A stretch of DNA of 64,000 bases, taken from contig CBDCRO010000003.1 in NCBI GenBank assembly GCA_965221045.1, positions 96,016-160,015 on the forward strand, in the 5' to 3' direction. Below, in pieces: positions 57,301 to 64,000 of the stretch. The notes under the pieces were generated by a model. It saw only the letters and a program-made list of their open reading frames with translations. It did no database searches and was not told where the DNA came from. The stretch is from Dehalococcoidia bacterium (GTDB lineage: Bacteria > Chloroflexota > Dehalococcoidia > Lucifugimonadales > JADFKI01). Position 1 is the stretch's first letter. Each line of letters begins with the position of its first letter. The translations under genes and the position numbers were made by a program.

Positions 57301-59825
57301 GCTATCGCATCGCCCCGTCGGGACAATGGGGCAGCGCTGATCCAATCGACACCATGACTGCCGGCGCAGAGTTTACTCTGACCGGCCTGAGCGCAAACAC
57401 CGAGTACGAGGTGCAGGCATCACTAGACGGCTCATTCCCGGCGGAAGCCAGACGCGACGCCACTTTCGTCACTCTTGCTTCAGCCAGAGCCGAGTCTGGA
57501 GCGCCCACTATCACCGAAGTTATCCCGGACGACGGCGAGCTTGTCGTTACCTGGAGTACACCTGAGACCGCCGAGGGTACTGAGGTTACAAGCTACGACC
57601 TGCGCTACATTCGAAGTGATGCGACAGACAAGGCAGACGCCAACTGGATGGTTGTGAACGACATAACGGGGACCCCTGACTCATCGACACCCGAGCCTAC
57701 GCCTGAGCCGTCAAACCCCTGCGTGACCCATCTCGGAACACTGACCGCAGACGTAACGACAGATGGTGAATGGACGGACGAGTGCGACTCGGCAAGTCGA
57801 GTAGGCATGTACGCTCGCTTCTTCACCTTCACACTGGAGCAGGATGCCGAGGTGCAGATAGACCTGACGTCGGATGAGGACACTTATCTGTTCCTGTTGC
57901 TTGGCGCGGGCAGAGACGGCGAGGAGGAGGCGCAGAACGACGACATAGTCAGTGGAGTTCTCGACTCCCGAATAGGTCCTGTCACGCTGAATGCGGGGAC
58001 TTACACGATTGAGTCGACGACTTACTATGCTGGCACGATCGGCGCCTTCACACTGACAATAACGGTTCCGGAGGCGGCGGCAGTAGCGCCGCCTCCTCCG
58101 GCACCACCTGTGATGCCGGTGCTGCGCTACATTCTGGCAGATCTGGATAACGGCGTTGAGTACGACGTGCAAGTACGCGCAGTCTCGGAGGCCAGCAATG
58201 GTGAGTGGTCAGAGACGGCAACAGGAACGCCCGCTATTGTCGACCCGTGTGTGACGGACCTGGGGACGTTGACCGCAGACGTAACGACAGATGGTGAATG
58301 GACGGACGAGTGCGACTCGGCAAGTCGAGTAGGCATGTACGCTCGCTTCTTCACCTTCACACTGGAGCAGGATACCGAGGTGCAGATAGACCTGACGTCG
58401 GATGAGGACACTTATCTGTTCCTGCTGCTTGGCGCGGGCAGAGACGGCGAGGAGGAGGCGCAGAACGACGACATAGTCAGTGGAGTTCTCGACTCCCGGA
58501 TAGGTCCTGTCACGCTGAATGCGGGAACTTACACGATCGAGTCGACGACTTACGATGCTGGCACGACCGGCGCCTTCACGCTGACCATCAGTGGGCAGCA
58601 GGTGGCCGTACCCGAGCCGACGCCACCGGAGCCAATAGGTCCAGACTCGTGTGTGACGGACTTGGGAACACTGACCGCAGACGTAACGACAGAAGGTGAA
58701 TGGACGGACGAGTGCGACTCGGCAAGTCGAGTAGGCGGGTACGCTCGCTTCTTCACCTTCACACTGGAGCAGGATACCGAGGTGCAGATAGACCTGACGT
58801 CAGAGGAGGACACTTATCTGTTCCTGCTGCTTGGCGCGGGCAGAGACGGCGAGGAGGAGGCGCAGAACGACGACATAGTCAGTGGAGTTCTCGACTCCCG
58901 GATAGGTCCTGTCACGCTGAATGCGGGAACTTACACGATCGAGTCGACGACTTACGATGCTGGCACGACCGGCGCCTTCACGCTGACCATCAGTGGGCAG
59001 CAGGTGGCCGTACCCGAGCCGACGCCACCGGAGCCAATAGGTCCAGACTCGTGTGTGACGGACTTGGGAACACTGACCGCAGACGTAACGACAGAAGGTG
59101 AATGGACGGACGAGTGCGACTCGGCAAGTCGAATAGGCATGTACGCCCGCTTCTTCACCTTCACACTGGAGCAGGATACCGAGGTGCAGATAGACCTGAC
59201 GTCAGAGGAGGACACTTATCTGTTCCTGCTGCTTGGCGCGGGTAGAGACGGCCAGGAGGAGGCGCAGAACGACGACATAGTCAGTGGAGTTCTCGACTCA
59301 CGTATAGGTCCTGTCACGCTGAATGCGGGAACTTACACGATCGAGTCGACGACTTACGATGCTGGCACGACCGGCGCCTTCACGCTGACCATCAGTGGGC
59401 AGCAGGTGGCCGTACCCGAGCCGACGCCACCGGAGCCAATAGGTCCAGACTCGTGTGTGACGGACTTGGGAACACTGACCGCAGACGTAACGACAGAAGG
59501 TGAATGGACGGACGAGTGCGACTCGGCAAGTCGAATAGGCATGTACGCCCGCTTCTTCACCTTCACACTGGAGCAGGATACCGAGGTGCAGATAGACCTG
59601 ACGTCAGAGGAGGACACTTATCTGTTCCTGCTGCTTGGCGCGGGTAGAGACGGCCAGGAGGAGGCGCAGAACGACGACATAGTCAGTGGAGTTCTCGACT
59701 CACGTATAGGTCCTATCACGCTGAATGCGGGAACTTACACGATCGAGTCGACGACTTACGATGCCGGCACGACCGGCGCCTTCACGCTGACCATCAGCGA
59801 TCTGTTAGAGGTTAGCGGAAATTGA
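48381..59825 (+). CDS. giant secreted FN3-array protein (3814 aa) with 5 C-terminal PPC-type modules
   Basis: Signal ...LLPIASPASA-QTQG. Dozens of ~95-100-aa FN3 units follow (PGAP..V...PGDG.LTVSW.AP.DGG..ITGYKVQW......). Five modules read CVTDLGTLTADVTT.GEWTDECDSASR.G.YARFFTFTLEQD.EVQIDLTS.EDTYLFLLLGAGRDG. A better SD (AGGAG) precedes the internal ATG at 48402, which may be the true start. Confidence 0.9.
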   Translation: MFKRRKFMRLEDHPRLMPRRVALLALLVALVALLPIASPASAQTQGTISIISITPSINDVQFTVKTTNATVFGDFFTRYRENGTAQWINGPVKRIGLSGSDDFDVNIQSLRSATQYDLEVSLDTSYPPGGGTASNTFTTLAPPSEVTGVSVGSLTRTTVQVTVTTANAAGSTVYLQHRQQSASWEVANRVSLTVPSGGTATRALTGLTAGTSYDVRASFDSSFPAGGTASGTFTTEAPVVPGAPRNVTVTDQKDGTLRVQWDPPASNGGSELTDYKVEFYSVDRPEFVRVQQQSVIFQRNYEIPRARLVIGIQHNVTVTARNSVGYGAPSPEASATPTSTPGAPTIVSTSSTTDSITLNWSAPSDNGGLTITSYEVEWTDESDESNQTTVNGITHTITDLEEASEYSVRVRAVNDNGGGDWSAISAVYTEEDVKLEAPGPPRNVTATDSDDGSLAVRWVAPESDGGADITAYTVYWKLSAAAAYDGTHSINNPSPPLEYTIPASSLAGGMQYDVKVTATNSEGDSGDSNVASATPIDTPGAPTVNATSITTDSIALSWNVPDAGGGTITGYEVHWLQSDEFFDFDDADGTATTTATTYTITSLLDGELYSVRVRAVNGRGQGAWGYLRAISTEVGRPGVPTITSVTPGDGKLTVSWTAPTDGGSVSGYKVQWKSGSQEFGASHEEDDVPSGTSHTITGLTNGTTYDVRVLAYNDSYLGEPSNTMSDTPAAATPVVDTPGAPTNVRVVRPGLDGPGHGAGILVLHWNAPSDTGASAITGYEVEWANNALFNPLLGTKTLGADSSFTDIQDLPPNIDYYLQVRASNGSGAGPWSTSVSAQTAARPPAPTITSVVPGDGSLTVSWTLPDFEGLLVSQTLCYRMESDNPFPTQEEVFSGRPCPRSKVPAEGATSFTIDGLTNGTEYQVRMKIRTLVDFSPLSDIVNGTPVLPSVVPGAPTLDSVTPGDGKLTVSWTAPTDGGPVTGYKVQWKSDSQEFDTSQGDDVTSGTSHTITGLTNDTSYDVQVLAYNQIGNGTPSSTRSATPVAAAPVPGAPEIINVTIISHATTNSTLTFRVIVENANDTTIYLRYGVGDPPSQWTHLNGTASDRNTEVTLTGLTASTTYTVQFSLDNSFPADASKSRTLTTPAGTTPGAPIITGITAGDGTLTVNWDAPKDTGGLTIISYKVQWRTENQTFVVGRQNTETGTTSTITGLTNGTTYYVRVIAVNSVGDGTPSNEMSDTPDGAMPVVVAPGAPILDSVAPGDGQLTVSWSAPSGGGSVIGYKVQWRTESQTFDENQQETTTGTTFTITGLTNGTTYYVRVIAVNSVGDGTPSNEMSDTPDGAAPVVEAPGAPTITRITPGNGTLTVSWTAPTSGGTVTGYKVQWRTESQTFDENQQETTTGTTFTITGLTNGTIYHVQVIAYNDAGDDSTPSNTMSGTPAAAAPVVEAPGAPTITRITPGNGTLTVSWTAPTSGGTVTGYKVQWRTESQTFDENQQETTTGTTFDIMLLTNGTIYHVQVIAFNDAVDGPPSNEMSATPGALADMPTGLGLARSGHGELTATWGAPSQVGGSSIMGYKVYWRIDASALTWPWPVYIDAADVGPEVFTYTITGLTNERVYNVAVVAINLVGEGAPAFAFDTPFARPTKPVITSVVANADPLSITVNWNESSGRNPVAYKVEWKVSTVESWDQAHSNQIDISAWAETLTYTITTDLTDNASHDVRVIARSNREDSEPSDPMSTTPSSAPGEPTLTGVTPGDGTLAVTWTAPTSNPTPALYTVQWKTVGESFGANEENEETVNHPATSHTITGLENGTPYDVQVIASSNTGDSAPSNSMSGTPSTTPGQPSVTVQLGSQPGSLLVTWSEPDTGGAAISEYIVQWRTSLQQYSETERIAREITGTSHTFNVADPTAEYFVQVTAVNENGPGAPSLEASVFASTVPGEPNLTSVVIQGDITPANNTLVVSWSAPDDGGAQITGYKVQWKSGAQEYNEGDRQLVVTAPTLTAEITGLDGAASYDVRVIADNGRGPSAPSGQQTTIIPGAPNPPTGLTATRDSTDRGGKLTLEWTAPESDQQLRPVSGYIVRWKSDGEDYDPAQQAQTNDVSFSLGGLVNGTLYYVQVYAENDVDESAPSNEASETPGAPPGPPVLHAASTDFDIRVAWESPEDIGGFSITSFIVQWKSDTQGEEYSPDRLVIIQDVDVPDALVHEIRVVRNDIYSIRVIAVNDMGNGEPSEVTVRAAIAVGASIGPITVPLDTTTQTSATVTVRIENTDGTDRTVYLRYRPAETAPGGQWTRVSENTTEDSVDFTVSSLTANTEYEVQASLAQDFPVDARSVSRFFTASTTPGVPTGVTAAPVTDAPGQARLRVSWVAADDGGSAITGYTIEWTPQDGQTQQATVGGQTLAYTIENLTIGQAYSVSVTAANEHGAGSASTPTVGVPTTVPGAPGSVSVQTGGDGELVVAWQEPSVLGGLSVTGYTVQWRSGNEEFGPQRQASVNASTATYTIRGLASGVQHVIRVMALNDNGAGVPSVSATGTPVAVAGVPTNLSVTHGDETLTLQWQPPSGAAGATVVQYIVQWTESGGSFGAPEQQATVSSLTLTYTIQNLQNGTAYDVQVIAVNTSGPSEPASATGTPSTVPGAPAITDIIAGSGELTVSWSAPDDNGGADISDYVVQWKLANESFGPATPEATVSGETLTYTISNLQTGTPYDVHVIAVNTNGRGTPSETANGVPVEQALPTISGVSVAPQSITMTGATITVSIANTDGNNRAVHLRHRTAPSGQWGSADPIDTAESSVEFTLGGLVENTEYEVQASLDSTFPSDGSRSVLFSTTSTGGTVPGAPAITSVAAADGRLTVDWTASTDDGGAGISGYIVQWKSGDEEFGAEREAAVGAQTLTYTILNLTNDTAYEMRVIAENVHGRGNGSVVESGTPSPAAMPFIFGIVVETGSITESEATIGVGIENADGSIQTVHLRYRIAPSGQWGSADPIDTMTAGAEFTLTGLSANTEYEVQASLDGSFPAEARRDATFVTLASARAESGAPTITEVIPDDGELVVTWSTPETAEGTEVTSYDLRYIRSDATDKADANWMVVNDITGTPDSSTPEPTPEPSNPCVTHLGTLTADVTTDGEWTDECDSASRVGMYARFFTFTLEQDAEVQIDLTSDEDTYLFLLLGAGRDGEEEAQNDDIVSGVLDSRIGPVTLNAGTYTIESTTYYAGTIGAFTLTITVPEAAAVAPPPPAPPVMPVLRYILADLDNGVEYDVQVRAVSEASNGEWSETATGTPAIVDPCVTDLGTLTADVTTDGEWTDECDSASRVGMYARFFTFTLEQDTEVQIDLTSDEDTYLFLLLGAGRDGEEEAQNDDIVSGVLDSRIGPVTLNAGTYTIESTTYDAGTTGAFTLTISGQQVAVPEPTPPEPIGPDSCVTDLGTLTADVTTEGEWTDECDSASRVGGYARFFTFTLEQDTEVQIDLTSEEDTYLFLLLGAGRDGEEEAQNDDIVSGVLDSRIGPVTLNAGTYTIESTTYDAGTTGAFTLTISGQQVAVPEPTPPEPIGPDSCVTDLGTLTADVTTEGEWTDECDSASRIGMYARFFTFTLEQDTEVQIDLTSEEDTYLFLLLGAGRDGQEEAQNDDIVSGVLDSRIGPVTLNAGTYTIESTTYDAGTTGAFTLTISGQQVAVPEPTPPEPIGPDSCVTDLGTLTADVTTEGEWTDECDSASRIGMYARFFTFTLEQDTEVQIDLTSEEDTYLFLLLGAGRDGQEEAQNDDIVSGVLDSRIGPITLNAGTYTIESTTYDAGTTGAFTLTISDLLEVSGN
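52403..53002. repeat. two near-identical tandem 300-bp FN3-coding units
   Basis: 52403-52595 and 52703-52895 are identical by eye (GCGGCGCCCGTGGTGGAGGCGCCCGGTGCGCCGACCATCACCAGG...). Flanking units from about 51.83 kb are more diverged. Confidence 0.8.
58247..59812. repeat. tandem array of 402-bp PPC-module-coding units (about 3.9 copies; the last three are nearly identical)
   Basis: The unit marker TGTGTGACGGAC recurs at 58247, 58650, 59052 and 59454. Identical antisense ORFs are listed at 58550, 58952 and 59354. Confidence 0.9.
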
Positions 59826-59910
59826 TAGGCATGCAATATCTGCGCCATGCGAGACAAATAAATAGCTTTATCGAAGGTGTCTAATTTAGAGACGTTCCAA
59901 CCAGGGTCGT

Positions 59911-61266
59911 GTCCCGTCAAGAGGTGTGGTAGATCGCCAACCTTTTTGTTCTACTAAGCCGCAGTCGGCTGTGTGAGCTGCACTTCCGGCAGGGCTTCGC
60001 TGTAAGTCTGTAAAGCCGGCGTCAGGTATCGTCTGCCGACTATCCACTCGTCGTTCTGCTCGGCAAGAACCGCGCCAACCAGCCTCAGCGCCGCCGGTCT
60101 GTTCGGAAAGATGCCTACCACATCGGTCCGCCTTCTTATTTCCTTGCTCAGCCTCTCTTGCGGATTGTTCGACCAGATCTTCTTCCAGTGCTCCATCGGG
60201 AAGTGTGTGAACGCCAGGATGTCCGCTCCGGCTTCGTCAAGCATCGCCGCCGCCTGCGGGAAGCGCTCGGCGAGCTGCTCGACCACCTTCTCGTGCTGGA
60301 TGTGTACCTCCTGTGCTGACGGCTGCTGGTAGATGCTGCGCACCATCGTCGCCACCCACGGCTGCGTCCTCTTCGGAACCCGCGTCAGCAGGTTGGTCAT
60401 AAAGTGCGTGCGACATCGCTGCCAGCTCGCTCCGGCGAACACTGTGGCTATGGCATTCCTCAGTCCCTGGTGGGCATCCGATGTGACCAGCTCCACGCCG
60501 GCCAGTCCTCTCGCTACCAGCGAGCGTAGGAAGCTCAGCCAGAAGACACCATCTTCACTGGTGCCCACATCCAGACCCACTATCTCCCGCCTGCCCTCCG
60601 CGTTCACCGCTGTGCCTACCACCACGCTTACATTGACTATCCTGCCTCCCTCTCTCAACTTCTGCGTCAGCGCGTCAAGCCACAGATACGCATACGGTCC
60701 CCCATCGAGGGGCCGGCTCAGGAACTTCTCCACCACCTCGTCCAGCCCACGGTAGATGCGCGATACCTGACTCTTTGAGATGCCTTCGCATCCCAGCGCC
60801 TTCACCAGATCATCGACCCTCCTTGTGGACACACCCTCCACGTACGCCTGCTGTATCACCGCCAACAAAGCCTTCTCGCTCCGACGACGAGGCTCAAGAA
60901 GGCTCGGAAAGTAGCTCCCCTCTCTGAGCTTCGGTATCCGCAGCTCCATCGTGCCCACCCTGGTGTCCCACTGGCGAGAGCGATACCCATTGCGGTACGT
61001 CAGCCGGTCGGGGCTGCGTTCACCGTGCTCGGCCCCGATCCTCGCAGACACGTCGGCGTCCATAACCGCATCCGCAACCACCCTGAGCGCCTCCAGTAGA
61101 AAGTCCACGTCTCCGTCGACGCCCCTCTTGCGTAATAGCTCCAAAAGGTCCATGCTTTCCTTGACCATCGTGCTCTCCTTACTTCGGATTTGTCCACCTA
61201 CGATGATAAGGATGACGCGATGGTCTGTCTCTATACAGCCTCCTCTTTTACACCATGTTACGGGAC
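59911..61266 (-). mobile_element. IS256-family insertion sequence (about 1.36 kb)
   Basis: Terminal inverted repeats GTCCCGTCAAGAGGTGTGGTAGA (59911-) and the reverse complement GTCCCGTAACATGGTGTAAAAGA (ending 61266). They resemble canonical IS256 IRs as I recall them (GTCCGTATAATTGTGTAAAA). Confidence 0.7.
59954..61168 (-). CDS. IS256-family (Mutator-like) transposase
   Basis: SD AAGGAGAG precedes the ATG at 61168. RLTYRNGYRSRQWDTRVGTMELRIPKLREGSYFPSLLEPRRRSEKAL, YLWLDALTQKLRE and VTSDAHQGLRNAI. The track ORF extension to 61414 is non-coding leader. Confidence 0.9.
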   Translation of the reverse strand: MVKESMDLLELLRKRGVDGDVDFLLEALRVVADAVMDADVSARIGAEHGERSPDRLTYRNGYRSRQWDTRVGTMELRIPKLREGSYFPSLLEPRRRSEKALLAVIQQAYVEGVSTRRVDDLVKALGCEGISKSQVSRIYRGLDEVVEKFLSRPLDGGPYAYLWLDALTQKLREGGRIVNVSVVVGTAVNAEGRREIVGLDVGTSEDGVFWLSFLRSLVARGLAGVELVTSDAHQGLRNAIATVFAGASWQRCRTHFMTNLLTRVPKRTQPWVATMVRSIYQQPSAQEVHIQHEKVVEQLAERFPQAAAMLDEAGADILAFTHFPMEHWKKIWSNNPQERLSKEIRRRTDVVGIFPNRPAALRLVGAVLAEQNDEWIVGRRYLTPALQTYSEALPEVQLTQPTAA

Positions 61267-61448
61267 ACTTGTATGTTGTATTTGACTTGCAAGAGTGGCA
61301 GTGGGTGAGAGGGGCGCGTCGTGGGACACTGGGTGAGCTAGGAGAGATTCCTGGACTGCACCGCAAGTAGTAAGACTCCCCTCTCGCCGCACTTGTCGCT
61401 CCGAACAGATACAAGGGCGGAAGGCCCGGATCTGCAAGTGTGGAGCAA
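61267..61448 (+). ncRNA. orphan left-end/leader fragment of IS110 type 2 (copy d), truncated after ...GTGTGGAGCA
   Basis: It aligns with the leaders of copies a, b and c from ACTTGTATGTTGTATTTGACTTGCAA to ATCTGCAAGTGTGGAGCA. No transposase gene follows. Confidence 0.55.
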
Positions 61449-61460
61449 CCGTCTTGTTTG

Positions 61461-62879
<1,419 letters not shown>

Positions 62880-62957
62880 ACTCCGCTCAGGGCTTGACAT
62901 TGAACACTGCGATGATACCTCTTGGGCCACCCAGGATTGGATCTGACCTAATTTAAC

Positions 62958-63115
62958 ACTGGCTCAGATGCCTTCTATCCGATCTGTCGATCCGCTCTCT
63001 GGGTGGCCACCAGGAACCGCTGAGGCGAGCAGTGACTTCATAGGAGCGTGACGTAGAGTCCCATCGCAGTTTTGTCCGCTCACTCAGCCTATGTCCCACC
63101 CTCCAGGAGGCAGAG
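62958..63115 (+). ncRNA. candidate IS110 leader (bridge-RNA-like) of type 1, copy 2
   Basis: Its pattern of conserved and variable blocks parallels 7654-7815. Confidence 0.35.
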
Positions 63116-64000
63116 ATGACAACAGACGTTAGTCGCATCAGCAGTCGTGCTGTTCAGGTTATCATCGGAGTAGACACACATAAGGACCAGCATGTGGCGG
63201 TGGCCATTGATGGGCGGGGTGTCCGACTTGGCGAGAAGCATGTGCCCGTTGCCACCTGCGGGTACGAGCAGCTCGAACAGTGGTCGCGCGATCTGGGACA
63301 GGTCCACGCGTTCGGAGTTGAGGGCACAGGTTCCTACGGTGCTGGGCTCGCACGCTTCCTAGCCGATCGTGGGTATAAGGTCCTCGAGGTAAACAGGCCG
63401 GATCGATCTGTCCGCTATCGAAAAGGGAAGAGCGACCCCACTGATGCTGAGATGGCAGCGCGCTCAGTGCTTGCAGGCGTCGCCGACGCGACACCCAAGT
63501 CTGGCGAGGGTGAAGTAGAGATGATCCGCATGCTCAAGAGTACGAAGAACTCGGCCGTAAAGGCTCGCACCCAGACTGTCAACCAGATGAAGGCACTGGT
63601 TGTCACAGCTCCCGCTGAGCTTCGGGAAAAGCTCGATGGCCTGGGCACCAGCGCTCTTGTCAAACGATGCGGAAGCTTCCGCCCCGGTCGTCTGGACAGT
63701 CCAACCGCAGCGGCCAAGTACGCACTTCGTTCGCTTGCCTGTCGCTACCGTCAGCTCAGCAGGGAGATCCAGGACCTGAAGGCCGAACTTGAACGACTCA
63801 TACAGGCCATGGCACCGGCGCTGGTCGAAGCCTTTGGTGTGGGATCCGACACGGCTGCGGCGCTGCTGATCGCCGCCGGTAGCAACCCCGATCGTCTCAA
63901 CTCCGAAGCTGCCTTCGCATCGCTGTGCGGGGTAAATCCTATACCGGCGTCATCCGGCAGGACCAACCGGCATCGACTTAACCGCGGTGGCGACCGCCAG
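63116..64000 (+). CDS. IS110-family transposase (type 1), 3'-partial at window edge
   Basis: SD GGAGG precedes the ATG at 63116. The frame is open to the window end (295 codons). VIIGVDTHKDQHVAVAIDGRGVRLGEK...SLCGVNPIPASSGRTNRHRLNRGGDRQ. It is absent from the ORF track because it has no stop. Confidence 0.9.
   Translation, partial: MTTDVSRISSRAVQVIIGVDTHKDQHVAVAIDGRGVRLGEKHVPVATCGYEQLEQWSRDLGQVHAFGVEGTGSYGAGLARFLADRGYKVLEVNRPDRSVRYRKGKSDPTDAEMAARSVLAGVADATPKSGEGEVEMIRMLKSTKNSAVKARTQTVNQMKALVVTAPAELREKLDGLGTSALVKRCGSFRPGRLDSPTAAAKYALRSLACRYRQLSREIQDLKAELERLIQAMAPALVEAFGVGSDTAAALLIAAGSNPDRLNSEAAFASLCGVNPIPASSGRTNRHRLNRGGDRQ

Larger units (their letters stand above)
62958..64000 (+). mobile_element. 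IS110-family element, type 1, copy 2 (runs off the window)
   Basis: The left end ACTGGCTCAGATGCC at 62958 is homologous to 7654. The transposase resembles 7816-8883 closely by eye but is not identical. Confidence 0.75.

Noticed and set aside
61169-61414. N-terminal extensions of track ORFs over IS leaders or ends: 59954-61414, 61710-62879, 61461-61904, 18507-19274 and 6941-7555.
   Set aside because: In each case a downstream start with a good SD coincides with the beginning of family-typical sequence. The extension covers IS non-coding ends, or another gene in a different frame.

Overview
GC-rich bacterial window that is almost entirely accessory or mobile. I saw no rRNA, canonical tRNA or CRISPR array. 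From 1 to 20.3 kb it carries an IS3 element and two diverged YA-repeat lipoprotein paralogs in inverted orientation. It also holds orphan or decayed toxin-antitoxin parts (Phd/YefM, RHH, HicB-like, PIN) and an HNH endonuclease + DUF4326 pair apparently split by an IS110 element. The same stretch encodes a secreted nuclease lipoprotein with an Excalibur tail, an S1C protease-RCC1 fusion, a Uma2 endonuclease and two tyrosine recombinases. From 20.4 to 59.8 kb there is an island of secreted eukaryotic-like repeat proteins: ankyrin (362 aa), cadherin-like/FN3/PPC (2574 aa), FN3/PPC (1265 aa), LRR (892 aa) and FN3/PPC (3814 aa). Two cytoplasmic single-polypeptide two-component proteins (GAF-PAS-HK-REC-wHTH) sit among these genes. 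At least eight IS copies from five lineages are present (IS3, IS256, IS607/TnpB-like, and three IS110-family types), with nested insertions at the right end. Four signals stand out. (1) The three-plus-one copies of one IS110-family type carry a block-conserved ~180-220 nt leader, and its variable blocks match the copy's own insertion junctions, as bridge-RNA guides would. (2) An IS607-like element with near-perfect hairpin TIRs has a full-length TnpB-like ORF with Asn at the predicted RuvC-I Asp and no zinc-finger cysteines, while its serine recombinase is frameshifted and reads RVT instead of RVS. (3) One of the two fused HK-RR proteins lacks the phospho-accepting His. (4) A C13 homopolymer lies about 310 bp upstream of the 3814-aa adhesin-like gene. 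All calls come from reading the sequence and the ORF track; no searches were run.
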